64,000 nt of DNA. Source: Octopus sinensis (taxonomy: Eukaryota). The translations under genes and the position numbers were made by a program. The notes beneath the pieces are model-generated. The model worked only from the letters and a program-made list of their open reading frames with translations. It searched no databases and was not told the origin of the DNA. The DNA is taken from assembly GCF_006345805.1 (NCBI RefSeq), contig NC_043005.1, positions 11,780,001-11,844,000 on the forward strand. Reading direction: 5' to 3'. This document shows, one piece after another, positions 1 through 12,850 of this stretch (its first letter is position 1; every line of letters begins with the position of its first letter).

Positions 1-82
1 TATAGAGGGCAATACTATACATAAATGCTACACGGTAGTGTTTATTTATTTTGGTAGTTTTGACGTTATATATATATATATC

Positions 83-260
83 TGGTATCTCTACGTCCCT
101 GTAACTCAGCGGTTCGGCAAAAGAGCCTGATAGAATAAGTACAAGGCTCACAAGCAATAAGTTCTGGTGTCAATTACTTCCACTAAAACCATTTAAGGCG
201 GTACTGCAGCATGACCGACCTCAGTCAAATGACAAAAAAGAAGTAAACGAAAAAGAAAAT
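83..260 (+). mobile_element. 3' fragment of abundant tRNA-derived SINE (family 'K', octopus OK/OR-like)
   Basis: Shares 'gtaactcagcggttcggcaaaagag..gatagaataagtac' and 'ggcggtactgcagcatg' with about 10 other copies in the window. Confidence 0.75.
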
Positions 261-1427
261 AACATGTTAAATATAGGACAATATATAATTTAATGTCGTC
301 TATTTTCACTCTGTGTTTGAATGAAGGATTATACGTGCAAGGTTGGAACATGTTTGATCCTTGGTCTGCTTTTATTAGAATTGTCCATGTTTATTTTATT
401 AAAAATCGACTTTAATCAGAGAATGAAGAGTAACTCTTATGACCTTTTGGAAATATATAGAGCTTTCGAGATTGTAGGGAGAAAGATATCCTCATGTAAG
501 TTGGGCACAATGTTTTCAACAGAGTGTTTTCCTTAAAGAAAATCCATGAGCTTTGTGGTGAAGATAAAACCCTGTAATAAAGTATCATGTCTGCAAAACG
601 AGAATAATCTCAGAATATTGCCTCCCAAAAATTCTTCTACAGTATTTTGGTATACTCAAGTCATTATACAACGTATTTCGCACTTGTCATTTTCCCCTAG
701 ATAACGTAGTCAACCGCATTGAAACTACTTCATCCCACAGACAATTTGGTGACCAAGTATGTTAATGTATACAACAATAATATGCTTTCACACCACATAA
801 TCCAGCAAACATACAAAGGTCAATGATTGATACTCAGGTATAATATGTGTGTGTGTGTGTATATATATATATACATATACGCTTATCAACTGACTGACTA
901 AAATTCAGTTGCTCCGAACTACTGTAAGATTCTGAGAGAAAAGGACAAATGAAAGGAGACAACAAAGATTTTCTATTTATAGAGATAGGGGTGAAAGAGA
1001 CGTCAAAGTTCCATATAAAAACTGTATGTAGAGAAAAGGATTGTCACACTACAATACCAATTACTACTATTTGGTAAACAGATTTGGCATTAGGAGAACT
1101 AGGTTAATGTCAAATGGTTATAATGACACTCATAGAGAATGCAGAGATTTTATAAAGCTAATATACATCAACATTATAATCAGCTTATAAGTTCTGAGTA
1201 CTTTGATACGTTGGATTAAAGGAAAATACATAGATCTAAAATTTATTCAATTTAGAGAAAAGTCTATCACTTATTATGAGTTGGCATAATACTTATTAAC
1301 TGGGCGGAAAAAAGTTTTATTAATCAAGTGAATATATTAGGGTCCAGAATATATACTAGGAAAAATGGAAGAGGAGAAATCAAAGAAGAAAGGTATTCGT
1401 AGGTTTAGTAGAAGGTGATTCAATAAT

Positions 1428-1509
1428 ATGAAGAGAGGTAATTTTAAAACTGTTGTAATACTTACAACATTTAATAAAATGATGTAGTGCGAAACGATCG
1501 TACAGAATT
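1428..1509 (+). ncRNA. Decayed hammerhead ribozyme relic
   Basis: aTGAAGA (C3 lost) ... GAAAC-GATC-GTA at 1491-1502; same stem III and cleavage triplet as the opposite-strand copy at 1721-1809; stem I not preserved. Confidence 0.45.
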
Positions 1510-1720
1510 ACCGAAGTTATTCTTGTTGCTTATTGTGATTATAATTACCCCATGGATTTATATGGATAACACCATACAGAATTCTGGTGAAAAATAAGTG
1601 TTGTATTAAATATATATAAATATATAAATATAAATATGTATAAAAATATATGTAAATATGTATAAGTATAAATATATAATGTATATGACAGTTTAAAAGT
1701 TTTTATTAATTATTTAAAGC

Positions 1721-1809
1721 ATCTTACGATCGTTTCACAGAAGAATTGTCCCCATAATGAATCCTATATTGATAAGCATTTCTAGACGACGCTTCTGCTC
1801 TTCAGAGAT
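1721..1809 (-). ncRNA. Minimal type I hammerhead ribozyme
   Basis: Minus strand reads AUCU-CUGAAGA-GCAGAAG-(48 nt loop)-CUUCUGU-GAAAC-GAUC-GUA-AGAU. All core bases present; stem I 4 bp, stem II 7 bp, stem III with palindromic GAUC tetraloop. Confidence 0.8.
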
Positions 1810-1951
1810 ATAAAATTAGAATTCTGTCGAATGATTTTAAAAAAAAATTGAAGTAAAACTATAAAAAAGTGTTTGTTTGAAAGATAGATTAAAAGTAAAA
1901 AAATTAGTACTTTTGATGAGAGTCATATGTATAGATGAGAGTATATATATA

Positions 1952-2140
1952 TAGGGATAATTCACAAAAAGACAAAATACGAAGACAGGTGGTGTAGACA
2001 ACAAGCAGATGAATAAGTATGACGCTCGGGAAGTGAAAAAGTCTTTAACGTTTCGATCCTACGCTCTTGCACAGAAAGGAACACAGAAAAAACAAAGAGA
2101 GGAAATAAAGAATGTGTAGTGGTTAGCGATCTATCATGGC
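1952..2140 (-). mobile_element. Penelope-LTR-like dispersed repeat next to (TA)n
   Basis: 'gaagacaggtggtgta..acgtttcga.cctacgctctt' shared with 24720-24830, 41195-41375 and 54560-54720; family assignment is inference. Confidence 0.55.
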
Positions 2141-2374
2141 GACACACACATACACGCACGTATCTACATACGCACACACACACATGCGCAAACATTATTG
2201 TCAAATTTGTTATTCTTATTAATGGTAACAATATCGTTACTTTTATTACAATTATTATCATCGTTAATACCACTATTGTTTTTCAGTTCAACGGTTTTGA
2301 TAAATCGATAGATTACATTTTCTATCGGATCACAAGCCCCTCTTTCTTGCTAGGAAGGGCCTCCCAAACTTTTC

Positions 2375-2745
2375 ATATTATTCTTATACTGTACTGAGGA
2401 ATTTCAGGATAATTCTTGCTGACACAAGTAAATAACTTTCCTACACTGCACCCACTATCAGATTACGATCTAACTTTTGAAGATATATTCTCAAATTCCT
2501 TGAGGCTGTTCTTAATGACCCAATGATACTTGGTAGGATCATGACCGTAATAACTTCTTTGAATCAGCATTTGATAATTTCATACTTCAAGCAGATATTT
2601 TATACTGAGTTTTCTTTTTCTTGATTCTGCTATCAAATCGGCTTGTCACGGTAGTTGAGAGATATACCTTCTTCTTATCAGCGTCAACAATATCCAGTTT
2701 GTTATGCACTATTCCCTTATTGACTTATGTAGGGAAGTCACACAC
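2375..2745 (-). mobile_element. R4/Dong-type non-LTR retrotransposon, decayed RLE C-terminus
   Basis: Minus translation HNKLDIVDADKKK..SRFDSRIKKK..PSIIGSLRTASRNLRIYLQKL..LLVSARII resembles the RLE PD..D / IIGALG..GTARIL pattern. Confidence 0.65.
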
Positions 2746-2791
2746 GAACCTCATAATAAAGAAATTATTATCATTATTAATGTTATAATTA

Positions 2792-3434
2792 TGGCGGCGA
2801 GCTGGCAGAAACGTTAGCACGCTGGGCGGGATGCTTAGTGGTATTTTGTCTACCGCTACGTTCTGAGTTCAAATTCCGCCGAGGTCGACTTTGCTTTTCA
2901 TCCTTTCGTGGTCGATTAAATAAGTACCAGTTACGCACTGGAGTCTATATAATCGACTTAATCCGTTTGTCTGTCCTTGTTTGTCCCCTCTGTGTTTAGT
3001 CCCTTGTGGGTAGTAAAGAAATAAGTATTTCGTCTGTCGCTACGTTCTGAATTCAAATTCCACCGAGGTCAACTTCGCCTTTCATTATTTGGGTTCGATT
3101 AAATAAGTGCCAGTAACGCACTTGGCTCGATGTACTCGACTTAACCCCTCCCTCAAATTCGAGGCATCTGCTTCCAGTAGAAAAACTATTAATGTTATTA
3201 TTATGATTATTGTTATTTTAAGGCGGCGAGCTGGCGGAATCGTTATTAGGCGGGGCAAAATGTTTAGTGGTATTTCGTCAGTTTCTACGTTCTGAGTTTA
3301 AATTTCGGCGAGGTCGACTTTGCCTATCATCCTTTCGGGGCTCGATATAATAATAAGCAGCTGAACATGGGAGTCGAAGTTATCGACTTATCCCCTCCGC
3401 CCAATTGCTGGCCTTGTAGCAAAAATTTGAAACA

Positions 3435-3435
<1 letters not shown>
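2792..3435 (+). mobile_element. Tandem tRNA-derived SINEs with Deu/Nin-like core (family 'N')
   Basis: Head 'ggcggcgagctggcagaaacgttagc'; core 'gaggtcgactttgc.tttcatcctttcg.ggtcgattaaataagtaccag' repeated three times. Confidence 0.85.
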
Positions 3436-3618
<183 letters not shown>

Positions 3619-4070
3619 GAGTGAGAGTGCAGCGCATGCCATCAAAGTGACACTGGGGTAAAATATACGAAGTCCAGTATATCCACTATGACTAACCGTC
3701 TGAAAAGGGTACACCAGGCACATGCATCACAACTATATATGCGCAGCACTGTGATCTCATATCAAGATAAACTGCACATGACCTTCTAGGTGTTGCTCAG
3801 TTAAAATTTTCTTCAGGTCGAGTAGCCCATCCCACTCAAATGATCTTTGAATAAAGTTTGCTTAAGTCTGATATATAAAATAAATACATGTTTCCAGAGG
3901 TGAATTATTCCAAGAAAAAATATTTCCTCTCAACACATGGCAACGATGCTCCTCAACTACTTCTGCTCGTGATCACATGCACGTATCGTCAGCCGCTAAT
4001 GGACATGCTCAACTGGTTAAGGTCAAGTAAATAACAAGCAGATCTGTGATATCGAGCAGAATATTTGCTG
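3619..4070 (-). mobile_element. About 450-530 bp non-coding element ending in (AAT)n (putative LINE 3'UTR or SINE)
   Basis: Reverse complement of copies at 28611-29086, 55030-55427 and 56310-56842; all end 'ctctctcactc(AAT)n'. Confidence 0.8.
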
Positions 4071-4520
4071 CGTGGTAAGAAGTTTATTTTCTCGCCACAT
4101 GGTTTCGGATTGAGTGTGATTTGAAGCTTGACTGAACCCAGAGCAACATAGTTCCGTGTTCAGTTCAACTATCTGTCACTTTGGACATCAGTCTTCTACT
4201 ATAGCTAGGAGCCAGTGAAAGGTTTGTGGTTGGATTGAGTAGGCGGCGAGCTGGCAGAAACATTAGCGCGCCCGACGAAATGCTGAGCGGTATTTCGTCT
4301 GCGTTCAAATTAGTTCTGAGTTCAAATTCTGCCGAGGTCGACTTTGCCTTTCATCCTTTCGGGGTCGATAAATTAAGTACCAGTTACGCACTGGGGTCGA
4401 TGTAATCGACTTAATACCTATGTCTGTCTTTGTTTGTCCCCTCTATGTTTAGCCTCTTGTGGGTAATAAAGAAATAGGTTGGATTGAGTAGACGAAATTG
4501 AAAAAAAGATCGTTGTACAG

Positions 4521-4552
<32 letters not shown>

Positions 4553-4803
4553 GCACAAACATACACACACATATATATTTGAGCATGTGTGTATATGTCT
4601 TTGTGTATCCTCTCCTCCGCTTCACAGCCAGGATTGCTGCTGTGTTTACGGTTCCATAACTTAATGGTCGATGTAGCAAAGGCGATCTCTAGAACAACCA
4701 CCATTCCTAAAAAAAAAAAAAATCTGGTGTCGATCGAATCGACTAAAAATCCTTCAAAGCCGTGCCCCAACATGACGGTTGTCTAATGACTACAACGAAT
4801 AAA
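4069..4803 (+). mobile_element. Old family K SINE interrupted by a younger SINE
   Basis: Degenerate head 'gcgtggtaagaagttt..ccacatggtttc', internal (CA)n, 3' part 'gtgtttacggttccataactta..cgactaaaaatcc'. Confidence 0.55.
4243..4476 (+). mobile_element. Family N SINE with 15-bp TSD
   Basis: ggttggattgagtag at 4228-4242 and 4477-4491. Confidence 0.9.
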
Positions 4804-5339
4804 ATATTTACCTATATATTTTATATATGTTATCCAAATAATAAGACAAAAAAGAAATCCTTTAATACATCGTTCGTTACAATTCTTTTTGTAACAAATC
4901 TGCTTACAATGCCATTTTACGTAATACTTGAAGATGGGGTTTACTTCCCGGGTAGGTTTCTCAGGTGTCCCAGTTGAACCAACTTCACGGCAGGAGGTGC
5001 AGATGAGGGCAGCCGCATCGAACTCTCTCATGCACCGGATGGCTATTGCTAAAAAGCATTCGTGAAGTAAAATCATGTAGCAACACCAAATGGCGGTGCC
5101 CCAGCATGGCCACAGCTTGTGAGCTGAAACTAAAATAAAAATGTGTTAAAGGACTTTTTGTTATATTATTTAGATTATAGTTTATTCAAAGCTACACCCA
5201 CACAACAGTTTTACCGACGAGAAAGCAAGATTTTCTAAACGTGAAGAATTTCGCTGTTAAGGGGCTATTTTAACTCGGATTAAGTGGCTATCTGGAAATA
5301 CCCTATTTTTATACTCTACGAAGGCCTATATATCTATGT

Positions 5340-5520
5340 ATATACGTGCTTGTACATGTATGCATACATATGGATGTGTATATATACGTGATTATATACA
5401 TATAGAAAACTACACGTACTTATATACATATGCACCTGCCAATATGTACATATATATATATATATAAATAAACTTATATACATACATATATATACATATA
5501 TAAATACATATCCATACACA

Positions 5521-5590
<70 letters not shown>

Positions 5591-6060
5591 CATATATACA
5601 TATACATATACATATATACATACATATATGTATGTATCAACATAGGAACAAATAGGGAAGAATAATTTACAGCATTATATTTGAATACATTTGAAGACCA
5701 AGAGAAAAACACCTTTGAAAAATTTGTTTTAAATAACAGGAAGTGTCTCATCAACAGACTTGAATGGGAGTCAAACGAGATGCGAGCAAAGCTACACAAC
5801 AACTTAGGAATTAAAGAACAAGAATAACGTATTCATAACAAACATTGAATCTGTAATCTCTTTCTGTCGTATATCAAGCAATAGCTTACAACACAAGAAG
5901 AAATAACACACAAGAAAAATAAAAACAAAAGGAAAAAAACACACAAAGCAAAGCTAAAATATAGTTATAGTTACGTACATGATTGTTTACTACGAATGTA
6001 GTTTCGTTTCCATATATAATATATATATATAATACTATAATATATATATATATATTATAT

Positions 6061-6095
<35 letters not shown>

Positions 6096-6590
6096 GTATA
6101 TATATATATATGTATATATGTATGTATATATATATATGTATATATATATGTATATATATATGTATTTTGTGAAATAGAAAGATGAATAATCTTGGGCAGA
6201 TTAATCAAAAGTTTAACCGATACCTTGGTAGCAAAAATCACAGCAGAAGACAGCACGGTTGGAGGTACGACCATATGGTGTTGCAACCGTGCGATGGTGC
6301 GGATAATTGAATTTTAATATTATTAGTGAATTGAAGAAATGGAGTTGAACGAAGATTGAACAGAATTCGTTTTATTGCATTCACACGTGCCTTTCGAACA
6401 CGTGTAGAATGCAATAAAACGAATTCTGTTCAATCTTCGTTCAACTCCATTTCTTCAATTCACTAATAATATTATATATATATGTATATATATATCTATG
6501 TATATATATATGTATATATATATATGTATATATATAATATATGTATATATATGTATATATATATATATAGTATTATATAATATATATATG

Positions 6591-6626
<36 letters not shown>

Positions 6627-6904
6627 TGTATATATATACATATATATATATATATTGTATATATATATTATATGTGTATAAAAATATATGTATATATATA
6701 TATACGTATAAATATACATATATATGTATAAATATATATATATATGTATAATATATATATATATGTATATATATATATGTATTATATATATATATATCTA
6801 TGTATTATATATTATATATATATATATATCAATATGTATATATATATATCTGTATATCTATATATATATATATATATATATATAATATGGATATTATATA
6901 TATG

Positions 6905-6936
<32 letters not shown>

Positions 6937-7461
6937 TATATGTATGTAATATATTTATATATATATGCATGTATGCAATGTATGCATCTATATATATATA
7001 TTATTGAATAATATAATATTGTGATGTTTCTATATGCGTAAATGTTCTCTGTTGGTGTATGAGTGAGCGCCCTTGTGTGTGTGTGTGTGTATGTATGTGT
7101 ATCTTTGTGTGATTTTATTCTCTATAAGTAAATTTACATATACACTTAGGTACATACAAGATTTGGTTACGACAAATAAGGACAGGTACACACATATAAA
7201 AGTATATATATATACATATATATATATCCTTATACACTTTTAAGATAGGAAAATTGTATTTTGAGTTAATAAAAATAATATAAAACAATCGGTAAATGAA
7301 AACCAAAACCAAAATTAATGTCACAAACAAAAATTGTCGGTAACGCACTTAATGTGTATACACACATATACAGGCACACACATATGCACAATATATGCAT
7401 ACACATACATATACACATGTACATAATACGTAGATGCATTTATGTATGTATATGCATAAAA

Positions 7462-7535
<74 letters not shown>

Positions 7536-7810
7536 CGAGATACATACTACGTATATGTATATGTATACATATATGTTTATACACATATATCTGCATATAT
7601 ATGCAACTATGTGCCTGTACATGCAAGCATATGTAGACCTATATAAACCCACACAGACATACACACATATATATGCAAACATGTATATATGTACATGTAT
7701 GTATATAGATATATACATATATGTGTGTGCGCATGTGTATGAGTGCGCGTGCGTGTGTGAGTGTATATGCATATGTGTATGTGTATATGCATGTCTGTGT
7801 GTGTATCAAT
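5340..7810. repeat. Large compound (TA)n/(CA)n/(GATA)n microsatellite field
   Basis: Direct inspection; source of the YIYI/CVCV ORFs. Confidence 0.95.
6315..6474. repeat. Near-perfect fold-back, 75-bp arms, 9-nt loop
   Basis: 6315-6389 is the reverse complement of 6399-6474 apart from one indel. Confidence 0.95.
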
Positions 7811-8129
7811 TGTAAATGAGTTCTTTAAATAGTCTAAAATTTATCACTAGAATGCTAAAAGAAGAAGCGAGTAACGAACACAGAAAATAACATGCACGAT
7901 AATAAAAGGAAATACGTATGTATATATTTAAGTATAATTTGAAGGTCAAGGGTTTATCTGCAGAGGAATTTGAAATTTATTTGAGCAGATTACTCACTGG
8001 TATTAACTGCTGTAATCTTGAGTTTGGAATACTTGTGGGAGTGTTTTCCAATCTCATATACATATATACATATATATTTTCTTTTTCTTTGTAAAAACAA
8101 ACGATCGTTTCATCCCTGTCATTATATTG

Positions 8130-8625
8130 AACATCTAATCCTGTGATGGATTTTCAACATTCTGGGCAGAGTCCTTTAGTTGTTGTCTCATATCGTTTCC
8201 TCATGTACCTTTTCTGCGGTTTGCTTCCTTCTCAAAAACAAATTCTTCTTCATCTCGTTATTACCAAATTATACACTTGCACATGAAAATCACTGTGTCT
8301 GTTTGCACCATTAAGAAAGCTTTTTTGAAGTACTTGAATAAAACCAACACCCTCAGGAACAAGCAGTTTCGTTTACACTGATTCGTGCCCGCTGCTGACA
8401 TACTCAGGATCATGACTCATGACATATGTGGTGTATTGGAAAGAACTCTTGATCTTTGCTTGTAACTGCCTTCATAGCATTTTTGAGACAACTTCAAAAC
8501 GTTTGAGACAGCTTTTGAGAACATATAACCTACCTGTTTGCTTTAGTGAGGGAATTATCAATGGAATGTCTGGTAGATGTTTTTCACAATGAAATCATTT
8601 CTAACATCAAATGTGCAAGCTGTTA
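8130..8625 (+). mobile_element. Highly decayed CR1/L2-group LINE reverse transcriptase
   Basis: QFR..AADIL and GMSGRCFFTMKSFLTSNVQAVIN resemble the QYGFR..STADLL and GI.G...IKSFLS.R.I.VV.NG motifs. Confidence 0.45.
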
Positions 8626-8986
8626 TCAATAACACACACACACACTATACACGCACGTGTACACAGACTTACGCATGCGCATACATAGTATTAGAATCAG
8701 ATTCGTACCTCATTTCTAAAAATATATTTTATAAGCGTTGGCACAAATTTATATCATTGTTCTAGCATTAGAAATCTTTATTAATTATTTTTTTGTGAAT
8801 TTAAAATTTAATTTATCTCTTAATGATTCAAGACACATTGATTTGCTGATTTTACACTGGCAGTAAACTAGTGATACCATTTTATTAATTGAAATTTAAT
8901 TGATTTTTATATATCGATATTGTGGGATTAAATATCCTTCCACCGTTATCTCAATGAATCGTAAATTCCAAAGTATCGATGTAACA

Positions 8987-9029
<43 letters not shown>

Positions 9030-9044
<15 letters not shown>

Positions 9045-9271
9045 TAAATATAATATATATATAATACACACATATACAACATAAATATATTAATTATATA
9101 CCACCTATACATAAATATATATATATATATACACATATACATAAATATTATATATATACACATATACATAATAATATCTATATATACATATACATAAAAT
9201 ATATTATATTATATATATATATATACACATATACATAAATATATATTATATATATATATACACATTACATA

Positions 9272-9310
<39 letters not shown>

Positions 9311-9370
9311 TATGTATAATATGTATATTATATATATATATATACATAAATATATATATATATACATAAT
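9030..9370. repeat. Roughly 30-bp-unit minisatellite built on (TA)n
   Basis: Recurring 'tatatatacacatatacataaatat' units. Confidence 0.8.
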
Positions 9371-9445
9371 AAAATTTACATTATATAATTAGGGCTTAGT
9401 AAAATAATTACTTTTCCACATACTGAACTAGTATAAATCCAGCAA

Positions 9446-9501
<56 letters not shown>

Positions 9502-9867
9502 CATGCTTACTTTATGTCTCGGTGTTTGGAGACTAAAATGACAAGAAAACGGTGGAAGAGTGGTATCTATCTCCACAAAGGAAAATTGTAATTTTTAGGA
9601 GCGAAAATTGTGTCACTAGATGACTCGCTATGTTAAATCAGCAAATTAGTTTATCTTAAATCATGTCTGCTATTAAAAGATAAATTAAATTCTTTAATTA
9701 GCAAAAAAGTAATTAATAATGATTTTTAATATTAGTAAAACGCCACACATTTGTTAGGAAGCGTATAATCGATTTAATTGAGCGATACTTTTGAAAATTG
9801 ACTCTTGAAGTGAAGAGATGCAGATATAGAATTTGTAGTACTTGAACTCAGAATGTAGAGATACATG

Positions 9868-10570
9868 CAGCGCTGGGTTAACCATTAAGCAAAATAAGCA
9901 CGTGCTTAGGGAATGAAAGGGAAGAAGGGGGCACTACAGAAATAGTAACTGGTTTATGGTACAAAGAAAATACTTTAAAATTGCTAAAATAATATTCGGG
10001 ATGCTTTTATCTCTACTAAGTATAGATGTATATGTGTTACCTAAGGTTAATTTTGAGGATCTGGTCAAAGACTTTGCAATTCAAAAAAGTAGGAGGAAAC
10101 TTTTCAAATAAAGTGGAAGTAGAGAAAAATAAACATTACTTTCCATCTTACTGTTTCGTTTCGTTTTGAAAAATAAAAAATTATTTCATGGATTGTATTT
10201 TGAATTACATAATCTTTTAATGGCTTAGGGCTTTGATGGGTTTTAATCCAGCCCTGTGGAGGCACACGGCCTAGTGGTTAGAGCAGCGGACTCGCGATCG
10301 AAGGATCGCGGTTTCGAATCTCAGACCGGGTGATATGTGTGTTTATGAGCGAAACACCTGAGCTCCACGCGGCTCCGACAGAAGGTAATGGCGAACTTCT
10401 GCTGACTCTCTCGCCACAACTTTCTCTCACTCTTTCCTCCTGCATCTTGCATCTCACCTGCGACGGACCGGCGTCCCGTCCAGATGGGGAACCTATACGC
10501 GAAGGAAACCAGAAACCGGCCCTATGAGCCAGGCGTGGCTCGAGAAGGAACAAACAACAATCCAGCCCTG
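9868..10570. mobile_element. Non-autonomous hAT DNA transposon with 8-bp TSD
   Basis: TIRs cagcgctgggttaa / ttaatccagccctg (12/14); TSD gatacatg at 9860-9867 and 10571-10578. Confidence 0.85.
10257..10558 (+). mobile_element. tRNA-derived SINE (head A, tail Y) with 12-bp TSD
   Basis: A-box/B-box-like 'tggttagagcagcgg..gtttcgaatctc'; TSD aatccagccctg at 10245-10256 and 10559-10570. Confidence 0.9.
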
Positions 10571-10964
10571 GATACATGACTAAATACTGAAAAGCATACT
10601 GTCCATTACTCTTCTGGTTCACTGAATAGTTTGTATTAATGATAAGTTCCAACTTATGAGCATTCATTTGGGAAGACTGGCTTCATCGATTGCGTTGTCC
10701 TCTGAATTGTTCTGGTTCTTATTTTATCGATCCTGGCAGTTTAAAAGACAATGATGACCTCCACTGTCTTTGAACCAAGAATATGAAGAGACGTAAATAT
10801 TCCTCATCCTGGTTGGTTCTCCTGAGTAACTATTTACTCGACATGCGTAATGTCTGTTATCAGTTCAAAGCTGAATCATATACTTGCAGATACTTACACG
10901 TATACATCTACACAAAGAAATATCATGGAAAACGTACAAAGCATGGGTAATATGAGGAACTCTT

Positions 10965-11365
10965 TTCTCTTTTCTCTCTTTTACTTGTTTCAGCCATATG
11001 ACTGCGGCCATGCTGAAGCACTGCCTTTAGTCGAGCAATTCGACCCCGGGACTTATCCTTTGTAAGCCCAGTACTTATTCTATCGGTCTCTTTTGCCGAA
11101 CCGCTAAGTGATGGGGACATAAACACACCAGCATCGATTGTCAAGCAATGCTAGTGGGACAAACACAGACACACAAACATACACGCACACACACATATAT
11201 ATATATACATATATACGAGGGCTTCTTTCAGTTTCCGTCTACCAAATCGACTCACAAGGCATTGGACGGCCCGAGGCTATAGTAGAAGGTTCCACGCAGT
11301 GGGACTGAACCCGGAACCATGTGGTTGGTATGCAATCTACTTACCACACAGCCACTTCTGCGCCT
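10965..11365 (-). mobile_element. Family K SINE
   Basis: Near full-length match to 16665-17085, 36030-36452 and 53950-54360. Confidence 0.9.
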
Positions 11366-11799
11366 GTACTAATAGAAAAACTTGAATACATCTAATGTTT
11401 TTATTACTTAATTTTACGACAAGTGAACAACAATTTATATTTTGAAAATTGCAAAAGAAAAATGTAATTTATCCTAAAAATTCCATATCGTTAATGTATA
11501 GAATCGACAAAAATCTCTATTGTATTATAAGGTTTCATATATTTTCTTCTATGTCTCTCTATTTATGATATTGTTTTGTTAGTAAACATTAAATTTTGTT
11601 GTTTAATTTTAACCATAAACGAGGGACCTACGATCAGTGGCATTCAAACCGTGGCCATCCAACATTGTATTTGTGTGCAGTTGTACTGGCTGCTTGATTT
11701 TACAGAAAACTGGTTTCTAGCAATTGTGAGGAACGATGGTTTGAAATTTATGAAAGGTATTCATAGATTCACAGTAGTGGATCTATGAATGACATTGTG

Positions 11800-12560
11800 C
11801 AGCTTCAAACAATTAAGGCAAACTTCCCTAATCTTACGACGATCATGAAGAACGCGGCGAAAATATAATGTTCAATGCAGCAAGTTACCATAGTTTTTAT
11901 ATGGCTCAACTGAATTATTCTCGCAGTAAAATTTATGGAAAGAATGGAAGAGTTATTAACATGGTGGGTGGAAGACTTGAACTAGAAAACATTCCATTGA
12001 GCCAAGCTGTCATTTGTGATAAGGCAATGTCTATTTTTACTGAACTGAAGCAGAAAAAGGGTGGAGATAAAATATTAACAGGTTGGAAGGGATCGTTTGT
12101 AAGCTATAAGAGTAATAATAATGTGTGTGATAAGATACTTGTGAGGGAGTAAGTGCAGATAATGAAAGCGACTACTGCATTCCTTACAGAATTCCAAGTC
12201 GCAACACAGAGTAGTAAATGTAAAAAGGATTCTATTTTCATTGTAAATGACGCATTAAACATATAGGTTTAAGTACCAACTTAAAGATGAAGAAATTGTA
12301 AGAGAGAGCTATAGTTATGATATGTGCACATATAAGTGAGTTGCGACAACCTCCAATTATATTTATGTTTGCAATTCATAATTTTAGTAGAAATTATTTG
12401 AGGAAGGTTAAGTATTTGGAGAAAGCCTTTGATCCTGTGCGTTCGATAGTTTTTGCACTGATATACTTCAAAAGAGGTTACATTTTGGAAATAGTTAAAT
12501 ACTCCGGTTTAGCACTGAACTTTCTACAAAATGAGGGTCAGCTATATGTGTGAAATTGAG
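11800..12560 (+). mobile_element. Tigger/pogo transposase relic
   Basis: Across a frameshift: MEELLTWWVEDLN / NIPLSQAVICDKAMSIFTELKQ, a CENP-B-type HTH typical of Tigger. Confidence 0.75.
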
Positions 12561-12644
12561 ATGTAAGGCTAAATAATTTTATATACGGAAACGCACACAC
12601 ACACTCACACACATTTGAATGTGTGATTATTCAAAGAGAAAATA

Positions 12645-12850
12645 TATCACATGGCCAGAACCTATAGTACTTACATTGTAGAGCTGTGTATTTTCTCATG
12701 ATTCGAACGTGGCCGAGAACATCATGTTCGGTTAGAGTGTTTCAGATCTGTAATAATCTTTCGTACTTTTCATCTCAAAGTCTACGAAATATGGAATACT
12801 GATGAAGTAAAAACATATCTTAGTCTAGTCGATCACTGGTCTGCCTCCGT
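12645..12850 (+). repeat. Unclassified dispersed repeat (inverse copy at about 16330-16545)
   Basis: 'catggccagaa.ctata..ctcatgattcgaa.gtggccga..tcggtta.agtgt.tcagatctgtaa' in both copies. Confidence 0.7.

Noticed and set aside
321-536. 71-aa ORF
   Set aside because: No recognisable motif; length expected by chance
2040-2075. Hammerhead in the 'gaagagcgtagg.tcgaaacg' family (also about 41290, 54640)
   Set aside because: CUGANGA core missing in all copies and no stem I found
8098-8160. Hammerhead relic GAAAC-GAUC-GUU on the minus strand
   Set aside because: Core has two or more substitutions and stem I does not pair
10257-10330. tRNA gene (also 42225-42297, 51283-51350, 59875-59948, 62866-62935)
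   Set aside because: tRNA-like SINE heads run on into SINE bodies, several with TSDs; no complete acceptor stem
11759-11790. 14-bp-arm hairpin upstream of the Tigger relic
   Set aside because: Single short hairpin with no associated terminus or motif
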